Assembly: GCF_030684315.1 (NCBI RefSeq)
Contig: NC_081355.1
Coordinates: forward strand, 54,049,909 to 54,113,908
Direction of reading: 5' to 3'
From: Stegostoma tigrinum
Lineage: Eukaryota
Length of the DNA: 64,000 nt
The notes below the pieces were generated by a model. That model was not told the origin of the DNA. It searched no databases and worked only from the letters and a program-made list of their open reading frames with translations. Positions 1 to 13,437 of the stretch are shown here, piece by piece (position 1 is the first letter of the stretch; each line of letters opens with the position of its first letter). Position numbers and translations under genes: made by a program.

Positions 1-1166
1 TAAAAAAGCCAGTCATCCAGAAGCAGTTTGGTCGCCCTTCAAAAATCCAGGAATGAAACTGACAATTTCGTTCCAATAGTTCAGTAAACCAAAATCCAAG
101 TGTGCTTGATTCCCAGGATGTCTGGAGAACAAGACAAAATTTTCATTACAAATTAAAATAATACTCACTCTCATTTGAAATAAGCGGATGTCATTAACTT
201 GCCTACTGATGTAAATTGTATTATCTTAAGTGGAGACGATAAAAAAAATTATGCATTGTTGCTACCCTACAAATACGGGTTCAGAATAAAATCATCATTG
301 TGTTTGTACAATCAGCTAAACACTTCCTTATTTGGACACTCTGTTCACCTTTATTCCCATTTTATAATGACCTGTAGACAATGGATTACAGAGAAAAACG
401 AAAGTGTTGGTTCTGGCACCCTCTGTGGTCTAAGCAGTATTCGTCTTTTCACTTTCATTGCCAAACCTCCAGGTTAAAAGCTAAAAATGGGATTAATATG
501 GTCAGGTCTTTGTTGATCAGCATAGAATAATGAATGGAATAACCTCTTTCTGTAGTGTAAATGTCTTTTGAGTATATAAGGATTGCCTTTTGAGCTACTG
601 CGTCCTTAATGCTGTCTTTGATACTCTGAAGCTTTGTTCCAATTGTTTGCTTAGACATTAGGCCCTCTGGCCCTCATACTGTCCTATCCCAACAACCAGT
701 CTCCATGTTGTCACATAACAACCTTTGCTAATCCACACAACACCATCCACCCCCAAAGGCTCTTCATATTCGCCATTTAAATCTCTGCTCTACCACCCAT
801 CCCCACTACCCCTTACAGCCAACTTATCCAGAGCCACCATAGGTAGACTGCATGAACCATGTTATGATTAAATAAAATAAAGTTTTAAACATCTATTACA
901 GAGTTCACTGTACAAAGAAGTTCTACTCACAGGAGCCCATTCAATTTAGTTGCAGTCCCTCAAGTACTCAAACAAACATTGCATTCATAGTCCCACATTC
1001 TTTCCTTCCTTTTTGGGCAGTTAATCAAACTGAGAACTTACAGGCAGTAATTCCCACCCAACCACTGAGATAAAAATTGGTTATGGACAGCAGCCAATCT
1101 TTGAAAATGATAATACTTAGGGTTATGTCAATAAACTGCCATTAAAGCAACTACAACAAATCTTTG

Positions 1167-1259
1167 ATAACAAAGTGTGGAGCTGGAGGGACACAGCAGG
1201 CCAAGCAGCATTAGAGGAACAGGAAAGCTGATGTTTCAGGTTGGGAAACTTCTTCAGAA
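1167..1259 (-). mobile_element. PLE terminal-repeat fragment
   Basis: Matches the PLE 3' repeat including a degenerate HHR motif; flanked by AAATCTTTG at 1158-1166 and 1260-1268. Confidence 0.75.
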
Positions 1260-1514
1260 AAATCTTTGTCAACTTTCAGGCATAAGCAAACAGTTTTACT
1301 CAATTTTTGAAGAGTTGGCCTTTTAAAGAACGTGACAATCATAAATAACTTTTCCACACTTCACTAGAACTTATAACCAGTTGAATGATTCATAGCTCCC
1401 TTAATGTGGGATAAGGCCTTTCCTATGACTAAAATGGATCTATTTGAACTTCGCATTGAGGACTGTTCCAATAATTGAATATTCCATGACAACTAGTCAT
1501 CGCTTTATAATTAC

Positions 1515-1727
1515 CCTTTTCCACTGAGCTGGAATTCTTGCATCATACATGCAGTCCAAGGCATCTCTGAGGGTTTCACTCATAATGATAGTTCCATCAA
1601 TTGCAAGCTTAAGATCTATAAGTGTGTTTCGCACCAGAGTAATTATTCTTTGCATTCTGTCAATTTCTTGACGAAGAAAGATGTTCATTGGCTGCAGTGA
1701 TCCCATCTTCTGCAGTTTTTCTTTTAC
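1515..1727 (-). CDS. DNAH5: Dynein axonemal heavy chain exon (last in window; C-terminal domain), [26 protein letters not shown]...[10 protein letters not shown]
   Basis: tag|GTA acceptor at 1728/1727, AGG|gtaat donor at 1515/1514; 213 nt, phase 0-0. [25 protein letters not shown] and DALDCM fit my recollection of DNAH5 better than DNAH8. Confidence 0.9.
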
Positions 1728-1897
1728 CTAGCAAATAATTCAATGTGTTAACTTAAAATCTCTTGTCTACAGTAAAAAAAAAGCAATGGATACTAACTCT
1801 AACAGGTATGTACACTCTACAGAGTATGATTGGGATTTAGTTAAGCACTTCTCATAAAAAGGATCAAAAAGGCAGGTAACTGGTAATACTACCTGAT

Positions 1898-2542
1898 TGT
1901 AACATGTGGTATAGACCAGACCAAACTCCCACAAACTATATTAAGAAGATAGCCTAGACCCTAACTTCTTATTTTAAAGGTAAGTGTAAGACGCTGCATT
2001 CCAGATGCAATTCAATTGGTCAAACTATTGACTTTAAGCAAAATACACTTTATTTTTACACTATATTTAAAATGCAGACAAAATAAAAACAAAACAAAAG
2101 GACTCACTTAAATGTAACTCTATCGAAATGCTGAACAAAACAATGTGCGTATATAAACAACTATGAATTAACCATTCCAATATAGTAGCATCCCATAAGC
2201 ACACCCTTGGCAAAGGCAAAGTCAGTAAAATTGATTGTCTCACATGCAATTCTAGTAGAAGGAAGACAACCCCAGCTTTTAGCTGTAACAGAGAGAGGAG
2301 AAAGAGCTTCCACATCCAGCTTCAAGATCCCAGAAACAGCTGAAAGCTAAAACTAAAAATTCTGGCTCTGTGGGAGTTTGACACCAGCAACTCAGGCTGC
2401 TTCTATTGCTCCAAATTTAAAAGTAAAACAAATGCGTCACAAGCTGTTGACTTTGAACAGACTGCTTATCTTCTCTCTCTCAATCTTTCTCCATAAAAAA
2501 GGAAATAAAATATATACTTCTTAAATCCATAGCATTGTCACA
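1898..2542. mobile_element. Possible solo LTR
   Basis: TGTAACA...TGTCACA termini about 645 bp apart; no convincing TSD. Confidence 0.35.
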
Positions 2543-2881
2543 CATGGCATATCAAAATATCAGCAACTTAAAAAAAATCAAAACAATCAGTTCTATGATA
2601 AAATCTCTACAAATTTTGCGAGCACATGGTCTCAAATATTTACAGTATAGCTCTTTGAGAAAACATCAAGGCCATTTATAGCTTATCTTCTGAGTGAGGG
2701 TCTGTTGATGTATAGGCCCTGATTCTATTGTTCAATAATACATTTCCCTCTCTATGGAAGGACTCTGAACTGATCTCAAGTCTTAGTCATCCAGGTCTTT
2801 CTGACAATCACCAAAACTGCTTAAAGTTCTTTAGACACTTTTAGCACAACTAAAGTCAACTGAATTTTTTAAATTGTTTAT

Positions 2882-3107
2882 CACAGAATCCCTACAGTGC
2901 AGCAACAGGCCCTTCAGCCCAACAAATCCACACCAAACCTCTGATGAACATCCTACCCAGACCCATGCCCCTACCCCTTTTCCCTGTAACCCATCTAATG
3001 TACACATCCCTGAATGCTATTGGCAATTTAGCATGGCCAATCCAACTAACCTGCATGTCTTTGGGCTGTGGGAGGAAACTCGAGCACCCGACGGAAAACC
3101 ACACAGA
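2882..3107 (-). mobile_element. HE1-like V-SINE, 5'-truncated
   Basis: V-domain and CR1-like tail shared with the other copies. Confidence 0.8.
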
Positions 3108-5793
3108 ACCCATACCCACTAGAAGGACTTTACGCCACTTCTCAAAAATGTATGAGAATGAGGCTTTTGTGACGACAAAAGCTGGGAGGTGGTGTTAGAT
3201 TTGAGACTGTATTATTAAGTATTGCCTAGAAGGGCAGAAGCATGGGGAAGAGATATATTTTTCTGGAGATCAAGCTAAGAACATGAAAATATGGTGAGAC
3301 TATAAGAAACTGAAACTCTAGCAGACCATTTAGCCCTTGGGGCTTGCTCCACCATTGAACGTGATCATGGCTCTATCTTTTACCTGAATTACACCTTCCA
3401 CAAGTATATTTATATCACTTAATATTCAAAAATCTATTGACTTCTGGAACATTCGCAGACAAAAGCCAATCTTCTTGGGCAATAAGGCAACAATAGCTCA
3501 GCATCAAGAGATGGGCACCTCTCCTGCAGCAGAATTCCTGATCAGGGTCTGGAAAATAGTCACCCCCAGCTACAGCTCCCTTCTGTCATGAATGGGAGCT
3601 GCTGACCAAGAATACACAACTCCAAAGTTCCACTTCAAATGGCTGGTAGAGGACAAGGCTCTGGTTGAAAAGGTAATTGGAATCAGGGGTCTGCTGAATG
3701 GCAGGGGAGTGGGCTAGATGTCACTGGGTAGTTTACATGACAAAGTCCTTGTATGTACTCGGCTCATGGCTAATGCAACCAAGAATCCTAAAGTGGCACT
3801 TTGCCTAAATAACGCTTGAGATGTCAAGGTGGTTCAAGTCTCCCAGTTGACCGCCAAATGTACAGAATTTCTCATCATTGCCAAGCTCCAAAAACTACCT
3901 CAGGCACTTCTCTCCCCACAAGTTGTGTTATCTCTTGCAAATTCCCTCTATTATTCCACTCTTTTCTAATGTAGTAGATATTGTTGTGATCATTTGAAAT
4001 TTGGCATCATTGCATTTGTTCTCATGAATGCAGCATGAAAACTTCTGGCTACATCACTTTTTTTGTGGTGATATTCAAGTACTGCTTTTGGTTTCAGTAG
4101 AGCAGTGGTGCCTCTTCTTAGAAGAGGCAGTTAGTTCCTTGTTATTTACGACCTTCTGACTGAATCAAAACAAATATAATAGATACTTTTACATTTTACA
4201 TAGTGTGGAAATGTTTGCTTGTAATCTATAATTGTGAGAGCGAATATTCATGAACATGTATATAATTGACTCCAGACACATCCGTTGCCAAGTGGCTTTC
4301 AGGAGCATCACAATAGATGGGACAGAATATGGAGTTATGCTAACCACTTATTCTTGCTTTCTTTTCCATTTTGCGGTTCATCTACAATTAACAAAGATAT
4401 ATATTGAAGCACCTGACTATGGCACTCTTTCTTACTGCATCACTCTTTCTACTAGAGGCTGTATATGAACACCATTCCAATGTTTCTTCTTTTACTCCTC
4501 TATGTTCATCAGAAAAATGAAATTTGAGTAAGATGCCAGTGACATTCGACTATTAATATTCAAGGAACCTGCAATTGTTTTTTAGTGATATACTTGTTCT
4601 GCATTTTAAGGCTGTGAAAATGTTAATATATCATCACTAATTTACAATTTTATCCATATGTAAAATCTATAATAACAATTTTAAAGGACTTGACAAACTA
4701 AAACTTCTACGATTTTCTGTATGTCTACTTGTTAGCACAACCCTATTTAGTGATAAACACATAGTGGGAAGAATTTCCACCTTTGATTAGGCACATAAAT
4801 TGGGTGGGAGTGCACTGGCCACTGTTTTAACACCGTATCCATTTTTTTCTGCGTACGTATCCATGCCTACCTGTTTTACAGCCTGCTCAAACTGAAAATT
4901 CTGTCCACCAGAAACTGCATTTATAAAACAGCTATAGTGTTAGACAAAGGAAATCCCACATAGCACCAACATGAGATTTACAAGTATGTGGAAAGATTAA
5001 GTGATAGTTCCTAGAAACACAAACGTGCATCATTTTAATCCCATAAGCAATGTAAATCTAATGTCAAAGCTACTTTGTAAATTACTCAGGTTATATGTTG
5101 CATTTTCAACCTAGATTATAAACCTACATAATCTCAATTTAAATATTTAGTTGGCAGGAGGTGCTTGTACCTTGTTTCTAAACATTTACATTTCTAGCTG
5201 TTGGGAGACATCATTAGTGATGACTCATAAAAGTATATTCATTCCATTTTGTGCACAATCATTAGAACTCCAGCCAGGAGGAGCTAAATAACATAACAGA
5301 GGCCCAACTAAATGAAACCTTTAGCACTCCTGTAGAAATATTATATGCAACATACATGATTCATTGAAACCATTACTTCTCCTTGCACAAGTCCAGTTCA
5401 ACTAAAATGGTCAGAGGACATCTGTTCAAACATCAAGTCAACAAAAGCATCAAGTTTAGACATGTGGTATTTGTAATTTTAAAAACCAATGTGACTAATT
5501 TTGTGAATCTGGTGCATCTATTAAACTACTTGAGCAACTCAACTGATGCCAGAAATGTGCAGGCGTAATCTTTTGGATATCCACAATAAAACTTATTTTT
5601 ATTGCAGGAAAGTTTAACATTGACCATGAAGGTACTCAACTAGTCTGACAGCATAGTTAGTCAACTTCAAACTTAATATTTATTGTATTAAATCATCAAA
5701 TTATCTAATTAGATATTCACCATAATTTGTTGGGAAGTAACAATCCAGTAGAAACTAAATTAATCTGACTTCTTCACCTGGTTTATTACTTAC

Positions 5794-6009
5794 CTCAAAT
5801 GGTATATAGTCAACAGGCAACTTATCTAACATGTCATCAGCCAACCTTGCTACTATAACTTCTCTTGTTTCACCTCCTCCATTGGAGCTGTCCTTGGGCT
5901 GAATGCTAAGTATAGTGTCTAAGACACCCTTGGCAAGCTTGCTCTGGTAAGTGATATCAGCATTAGTGTGCAGACCAAACGCTTCTGGAGTGTCATATGT
6001 AGGAAGACT
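5794..6009 (-). CDS. DNAH5: Dynein heavy chain exon, [22 protein letters not shown]...LPVDYIPFE
   Basis: cag|AGT acceptor, GAG|gtaagt donor; 216 nt, phase 0-0; conserved FGLHxNADITYQ motif. Confidence 0.92.
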
Positions 6010-6488
6010 CTGAAACATAAAGAATTTAAGAACTATTGAGCATACATAAAATATGATAATATTTAAGAGAACATGTGACATGATAATAGTATAAGTACAG
6101 AAAAAGTGGAAATAATCTACGAGCAAACACAATATGATCACAGTGTAAAAAGACAGGTACTTAATTGCAGTGTATGAATAAATAACTAATTACAGAATAA
6201 GTTAAAGGAAATGGATAATAGGTCAGGTTTCCTTTTACAAATATATATCAGGTAATTCCATGCTTTGATAAAAATTCATTGTAGAATATTCACACATCTC
6301 GTACTCTAAACAAAAATGCTTAAAACTCAGTGAACAATAGTAATAAAGGAAGATGCAGCGTTTGAATGGGAACACATTCAAGTAATGAATTAGGAAATTT
6401 CAGGAACAGTTTTATTTGCTTTGTGAACACTATTTTCACAACTAACTATTGCTGGATGTGCTGAAAATTGATTAAACTGTTTACTAAC

Positions 6489-6692
6489 CTGAATGTATGT
6501 TAAGTACTGATCCACTGAATTGCACTTAGGAATGCCATAACCCTTGTAGAAACAGAAGTCTGAAGCAAACATATTTTCACTGAACCAGACTCTAGCAAAT
6601 GTGTTAAGCAATCGTTTGTCATAATCATCTGTGACTCTGCCACCATATTGAATCTCACCAATCATGTATCTCACAGTAGTCCAAGAAACACC
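6489..6692 (-). CDS. DNAH5: Dynein heavy chain exon, [29 protein letters not shown]...YLTYIQ
   Basis: aag|GGT acceptor, CAG|gttagt donor; 204 nt; [12 protein letters not shown] motif of the AAA6 lid. Confidence 0.92.
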
Positions 6693-7677
6693 CTTGAGGC
6701 AGAAAAAGTGCAATTCAACATCATCACATATTGCTTCTAAAAGATTAAAGAACTTCGAGATTGATTTTAATAACAATGGAGAAAATGACTGTAGTAAATT
6801 ACAGGAATTATAATTAGCTATATATTATTGTTAAGATTTTGCATTGCTCTATCAGTTCTTTGTCCCTCTTACATAAAGTTGTAATCAGAGCAAAAATGAT
6901 TTGTGTCACATATCCACACAAATATTTTGGCATTTGTTATACTACGACTCTCCATTCTGAATTTAAAATTGTCTCAGATGTTCCTCAAACTCTTTCTGCA
7001 TAGGTGCACTTTTTGTCATCATGACCTATTTTCTAGTAATCAATTCCTCAACATTCAATTACCACTCATATGTGAGCTGAGATGAATGCTTCGATGAATG
7101 CAAAACATAGGCTCTGAATTTCTGTCAGGAGTTACTAATGTCCCGTTATAACTTAATAAGATTATTGTCTGATGCCCTGGAAATCTGATCCAAATGACTA
7201 ATTTTTTGTCAGTTATGCCATTCCTGTGAGGGTTCTGCTTATCTCCTACTGTAGAACTGTGGAAATTCCAGGATTCTTCAGCAAACTTCATTAATTTCTG
7301 GTCCATTTTAATTGGTCCATTCTTTGAAAATACTGGGACCAATTTGAGGGTCTGAGGTCTTTTAAGGTCATAACATTTTAGTTCAATTGCTATATCCATC
7401 ATCCCTTGTACAAACATGTTGGTGCAAATGTGATTACCCTGCTATAAGAAAAACCTCCACAAAGAAAGTGTCACAACTTGCAATGTTCAAAAAGACCGCT
7501 ACACTACAATTTAGGTACATTTTAATTACATTGGCAACATTATATACTATCTGAAATCAACTTGCCTGTTGAATGTTTGAGAATAGCTAAAGTTTCTACC
7601 ATTAATTATTAAACAATTCAGCACCAAGAAACAGTATTGTCACAGCAGAATTAAGAACCAAAAATAGCGAACAGTAC

Positions 7678-7883
7678 CTTCTTGATATCCATATCATCTA
7701 GGTGGTTTTGTACAAATTGCACAGTCGCATTCAAGTCAGCTTGGTTAAATTCATATGGAATATTCCAACCAAGAGGTCCATACTTGCGACGTTCTTGCAC
7801 TGTTGAATGTAAAAAGGCCACTGCATAGAGCAGAGGCTTCCACTGAGGCATGTTACTAACATCCAAGAGATCCTGACTGATTC
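7678..7883 (-). CDS. DNAH5: Dynein heavy chain exon, (G)[46 protein letters not shown]...DIKK
   Basis: cag|GA acceptor (phase 1), AAG|gtactg donor; 206 nt; [18 protein letters not shown] motif. Confidence 0.92.
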
Positions 7884-9802
7884 CTGTTGATAAAAGTAAA
7901 TGTCTTAAAGGAAGTTAGGATAAAAGACTGCTGTAGAGTTTTCACATTGAGGAATCTTCTAACTGAGTGATTCAAACATTTACCTATGTGCTTACTGTAC
8001 AACTGTAAAAATACTATGCTTGAAACCCTACATTTATGTATTCAATTATTTGTAGAAGGTTAATGGTGTACATATATGCTGGAAGCAGTTCAGAGAAGGG
8101 TTACAAGACTAATATTTGGATTGCCTTATATGGAAAGTCTACACGGGCTAGGCTCTATCCTCTGGAGTTTGAAGGAGCTTAATTGACTTAATTGTGGATT
8201 GTGGATGTCAAAAACATAATTCCTCTTGTGAGAGAATCTAGAAAGCGGGGTCGTAGTTTAAAAATAAAGGGCACCCATTTAAAACAGATATTCTTTCCCT
8301 TATATGAGTAGAAAATGTTAAAAGATGGTCATGTTTTAAATTGTGGTGGCGCTGGAGATTCCAAATAAAGCGGACATCACTTTTTGCCACAATTTTTTCT
8401 GTCTGTCATGTTCATGCACAGTGAATTAGCCTGTCCAAATCCCCACACTACCTCTCTGCATATACCTCATATTACAATTTCCACTTTGAGTCGTCAGCAA
8501 ACTTGGAGATATTACAATTGTGAATAATTGGGACACAGCACCAATTCTTGAGGTAGTCAGATTACCTATCCTTTTTCTTTGTCTTCTGTCCTTTAATCAG
8601 TTACCAAAGGCAGCAAGGCAAATACTGTTGGCTTTGGTGGGAGCTTCTCAGTAGGTGTCACATTATTAGATAGTCCAGGCATGAAAAGTAGGATTGTCCT
8701 CTGAAAGCCAGCCTGGCCCCAAATATTTGCAACACATAAGCTTTTCTGTAATTCTCAATCTGCAGACCCTATTCTACCCACACTGACCCTTTGTTCTTGA
8801 AGAGGCGGTCATTGTTTCCGGTAGTACTGACAAGCAATAAAATCTCATTGGTTTACGATCGGTTGGCAATTCATAGCGAACAGGGTCTTGCTGCCAGTTT
8901 TCTGAATCATGGGGGAGATCCAAGAGTGGTCAGTTAAGTGCCTTATAATTTGGATTAGCTAATAGAACATGGAAACCTTGTCCAATGAATTTTCCCTTAG
9001 GCTTACATGAGGGGATTGATTCCTAGAAGCCTGGGTCAATATTCCAAATTGGGTCAATCTGATGGACTAAATGAAGTTGGATAGGATATGAGGGCATCCC
9101 TGCCCAATTACCTGGTCATGTTCTAAATCAAGGGGATAGAATTACTTGTATTAACTGGGTGAAGCTGGTTTACTAGAGAGTGCTAATTGTCACCCGAGGG
9201 GCCAAAGATTGAAAGGGATTAAACTCTTTTAAAGCTAAGCAGTTTACTAATAATTGTCAAACTTTTTGAGCCTTTTTATTGGTTTAATCAGACCAGGTGA
9301 GCACCCAGACTTGCAAGGGCACAATTTTTGAGAAATCCAAGGGACACACATCTTGCCCCAGAATTAAACTCTTGATAATGGAGGAGAGGTAGAAAACCCG
9401 TTGGTGGCCTCATTTCCTTGAAAATTCCTCTGCGAAATCTGAAGTTGAAACCTGGAGGAAATGGAATGTGGCGGGGGTGGGGGAGCGGAAGCATTTCTTA
9501 GTTTTGTTCTGGAGATCTGCTATGATTTTGCCTTAACCTCAATGAGAATTCTGGAACTGTGGAATTTTAAAATCACATCTTAAGGCCAATTTCATCTTTG
9601 TACCTGTTCTAATTTTTGGCATGAGCTAACTATTGGATCTCATTTACCTGATACTTCCCCATAATTAGCAAAGCAATATGCGAGTACCATCACCTGAAAA
9701 ATGACAGCTGCCATGTAGCCAGTTTCAGTCTCAGTATATTCACATTTTTATTCAAAAAGTGTTGAATGTATCCGTGCACACCGACCAATATTATTGGCTT
9801 AC

Positions 9803-10022
9803 CACAGTAGGTCCTTCTTAAACCTGCCCGCAGGCCTTGTGGAGGCTCATTGGTGAACTTGACTGACATTTGGAGAAGTGCAATAGGGAAAAGCTTATGG
9901 ACCTCAGTCGTCATCCACAGGCGGAAACTTTCATGGATACTTTCTGTTTCTGTAATGATGTCCATTAATTCATCTAAGAAATCAAGACCTAAGTGACAAT
10001 TCTGAAGCAAAGCCCAACTACC
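9803..10022 (-). CDS. DNAH5: Dynein heavy chain exon (AAA6), [11 protein letters not shown]...FRLWMTTE...[17 protein letters not shown]
   Basis: tag|GGT acceptor, G|gtaagc donor (phase 1); 220 nt; LQNCHL, FRLW and TNEPPxG motifs. Confidence 0.92.
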
Positions 10023-10123
10023 CTAAGAAAGAGAGAATAAATGATTGAGTGTATGCTCTCAGGAAAAAAAAGTATACAAAGTATCAAAGTAAACATTCAG
10101 TCCCATGAACAGTTAAAAACAAC

Positions 10124-10222
10124 TTCTGATGAAGGGTCTAGGCCCGAAACATCAGCTTTTGTGCTCCTAAGATGCTGCTTGGCCTGCTGTGTTCATCCAG
10201 CTCCACAATTTGTTATCTTAGG
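10124..10222 (+). mobile_element. PLE terminal-repeat fragment with HHR-like motif
   Basis: TTCTGATGAAGGGTCTAGGCCCGAAACATCAGC...TGTTATCTT; about 100 bp from a DNAH5 acceptor. Confidence 0.8.
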
Positions 10223-11251
10223 CTTTTAATAGGTCACTTGAAGGTCTGATGTAAAAGAAAATTGAGGAAAGCTATAGCTGCAATAAGAGAAGACAATTCT
10301 GATTACATTAAATGAAGGGACACTCAAATCTTGTTTCAGATTAGATTTGTAGCTCGGGTTGTGGATGTTGTGATTGGTTTGCTCACCGAGTTGGTTTGTT
10401 GTTCAGAAGCGAACCAACAAAACACAACACGCAAATCTTGTGTTGGACTACTGGAAAACGTCCAAAGGGAGATTAGGAAAAACTTTCAAGGCACAGGAAG
10501 ATACTAAATGAATACTTTGCATTGGTTTATTCTGAATGACCATGGTCAATTGACAACATTATGACCCTATTATCAACAACATTTTTAACATTAAATTAGT
10601 AGAGGATATCTTTGAAGAAAGAAAGAACAAAGAACCTTAAAAGAGATTGAACAGCTGGCAGAAATGGTAGCCACTCATAGGTCATTTAGAAATTGGGACA
10701 GATACTATGTGATCACTTTACCCTTAACAGCTAGATACAATTAAAGGTTTTTCTTCAAAACAAAGGAATATAGGACATGGGTGTCACTGGGCCAGTTAAC
10801 AGTCAGCTACATTACTAAGTGTCTGGAATCATACATAAACCAGACCAAGTAAAGATGAAGGCTTCCTTTTCTAAAGATAATGAATGAACAAGATTAGTTT
10901 TAACAATGGTCTGGTAGGCATATGGCCACTGAATGCAATATTTCTTTAAAATATTTTGATGAATATTCCTCAAATTAACTAAATTTAAATGATAGCATTT
11001 GAGATCCTGTCTCCAGGTAGTTAGTCCCGGTCTCTGGATTCCAAATAATAAATATGCTACCAATTCCTCTGATGAAACAACGTTACCACCGCTTTGGACT
11101 GGAAGCAGGCAATAGAAGTTCCAAAATTAAAACCTGGGAATAAGGCAAAATCAATCCACAGGTCCATTGGATTGTTGTCAGTAATAAATGAGGAATGTGA
11201 CAGAAGCATTAGACTGTATTTTGGAACCATTTACATAGACAAGCCCATATA

Positions 11252-11800
11252 GGGGAGGCAATGGCCTAGTAGTATTCTCGCTGGACTATTAATCCAGATA
11301 ATGTTCTAGGGAGAGATAGTAGAAACTGCAGATGCTGGAGAATCTGAGACAACAAGGTGTACAGCTGGATGAACACGGCAGGCCAAGTAGCATCATAGGA
11401 GCAGGAAAGCTGACGTTTCGGCTTTCTGCAGAAGGGTCTAGGCCTGAAACATCAGTTTTCCTGTTCCTATGATGCTGCTTGGCCTGCTGTGTTCATCCAA
11501 CTCTACACCTTGTTATCTCAATGTTCTGGGGGTCCAGGTTCAAATTCGGCCAATGCAGATGATGGAATCTGAATTGAGAAGAAAAAATCTTGAATTAAGA
11601 GTCTACCAATGACCATGAGTCCATTGGTGATTGTTGGAAAACCCATTCGGATTCATTACTGCCCTTTAAGGAAGGAACTTCCATCCTTACCTGGTCTGGC
11701 CTACATGTGACAAGTTGACTCTTATCTGCCCTCTTGCCAATTAGGAATGGGCAATAAATGCTGGTCTAGCCAGCGATGCCCCCATCCATGAAGAATATTA
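11252..11800 (+). mobile_element. tRNA-derived DeuSINE-like (SacSINE1-like) element, interrupted by the mini-PLE
   Basis: tRNA-like head TGGCCTAGT...GGTTCAAATTC, central CCTTACCTGGTCTGGCCTACATGTGAC and GGGCAATAAATGCTGG tail. Confidence 0.6.
11312..11520. mobile_element. Miniature PLE fold-back (two inverted terminal-repeat fragments) inside a SINE
   Basis: Minus arm 11312-11422, plus arm 11423-11520; TSD AATGTTCT(A/G)GGG at 11300-11311 and 11520-11531. Confidence 0.85.
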
Positions 11801-13120
11801 AAAAGAAAACCCAATGTAATTTCCCGAAAAGAAGGCTGTGTTTCATCAATTTGAATCGTGGCCACTGGAGGAGTGTGATTCAGTTGATATGCTCTACCTG
11901 GACTGTCAAAAGCTTTTAATAAATATCACACAAGATGCTTCTCTACAAGAGAGAATTTTGTGGAATTGAAAGTAAAATTTTTGGATTGAGAATGTGTGAA
12001 AGGCATGGACTTCAAAAAATTATCAATGAATTTGGATCTGCTCAAAGGCTGGTTATCAGTGGTGATCTGTAAGGACCTCTGCTAATTGCTTTTTTCATCG
12101 ATGATCCATATTGAAGGTGTTGAGGAATTTATTGCCCTTCTATAGTTTGCCTTGAGAAGGTGGTGGCGAGCTGCCTTCTTAAACTGCTGCAGCTCATATG
12201 CTGAAGGTAGGTCCACAATGGCCTAAGGGAGGGAATTCCCAAGTTAACAGACATTATCGAGTCACATATGCAAGTTAGAACTTGAGGATGCTGAACTACT
12301 ACACACAGATTTTAATTTTCAAGGGTTGATGGCAAATCATGGTTATTTTGGAAAAATGCAGTGTTAGACATGGAGGTAGTCAAATATTAAATGAAACCGG
12401 GGTCACAATCTGAAGATATCAGGCAATCCATCTAGGACTGAGGTAAGGAGAAAAATCTTCACCCAAAGAGTGGTGAGCCAGTGGAATTCATTACCAAAAA
12501 CAACAGTCAAGGCCAAAACATTATATGATTTCAGGAAGGAGTTGGATATGGCACTTGGGGCTATTCAGATCAAAGGACATGGGCTATTGAGTTGGATGAT
12601 CAGCGATGATGATAATGAATGGTGGAGCATGTTCAAAGGGCTGAATCACCTAGTCCTACTCCTATCTTCTATGTTTCTACATTTACACATTAAAGGGAAA
12701 TATAAATAAAGCCAATGGTGAAAGAAATAGGTTAGGGCGAATTAGTGCATTAAACAGGAACGGTTTCTAACCAATACTAACTCAAACAACTAAGATTCTT
12801 GGATGGTTTTACAGAACAATGTATTATAGAACCTTACAAATTATTTTGTCCATATATGAGATTTTGTATTGACTTCTGTAGAAAACAATCTCTGGTTTTG
12901 GCCCCTGACATGACGCTGAATATTAAGATTTTTGAAACTTTACTTATCCTGGTTGGCTCTATGAGCAAAGTCTTTGTAATTCTAGAAATTATAGAAGAGG
13001 TGGTGCTGGAGGATTTAATAAACATAAAGGTGGATCAGTCTCTGGGACTTGATCAAGTGTATCTCAGGATGTTGTTGGAAGTTAGGGAAGAAATTGTGGG
13101 GCCCCAGCAGAGATCATTTT

Positions 13121-13437
13121 CATAGATCCCCTACAGTGTGGGAACAGGTCCTTCAGCCCAACCAGTCCACACCAACCCTTGGAACATCCCACCCAGACCC
13201 ATACCCCTATAATGCAGCTAATCTATATATCCCTGAGCACTGTAGGCAATTCAGCATAGCCAATCCACCTAACCTGCACGTCTTTGAACTGTGGGAGGAA
13301 ACCAGAGCACCCGGAGGAGGGGGAACCACATAGACATGGGGAGAACGTGCAGACTCCACACAGATAGTTGCCTGAGGCTGGGACTGAACCCAGGTCCCTG
13401 GTACTGTGAGGCAGCAGTGTTAATCACTGTGCTACCC
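13121..13437 (-). mobile_element. HE1-like tRNA-derived V-SINE inserted in a CR1
   Basis: tRNA-like head with A/B boxes, V-domain and CR1-like tail. Confidence 0.8.

Noticed and set aside
5755-6776. Hydrophobic N-terminal extensions of ORFs overlapping dynein exons
   Set aside because: Intronic read-through upstream of clear splice acceptors.
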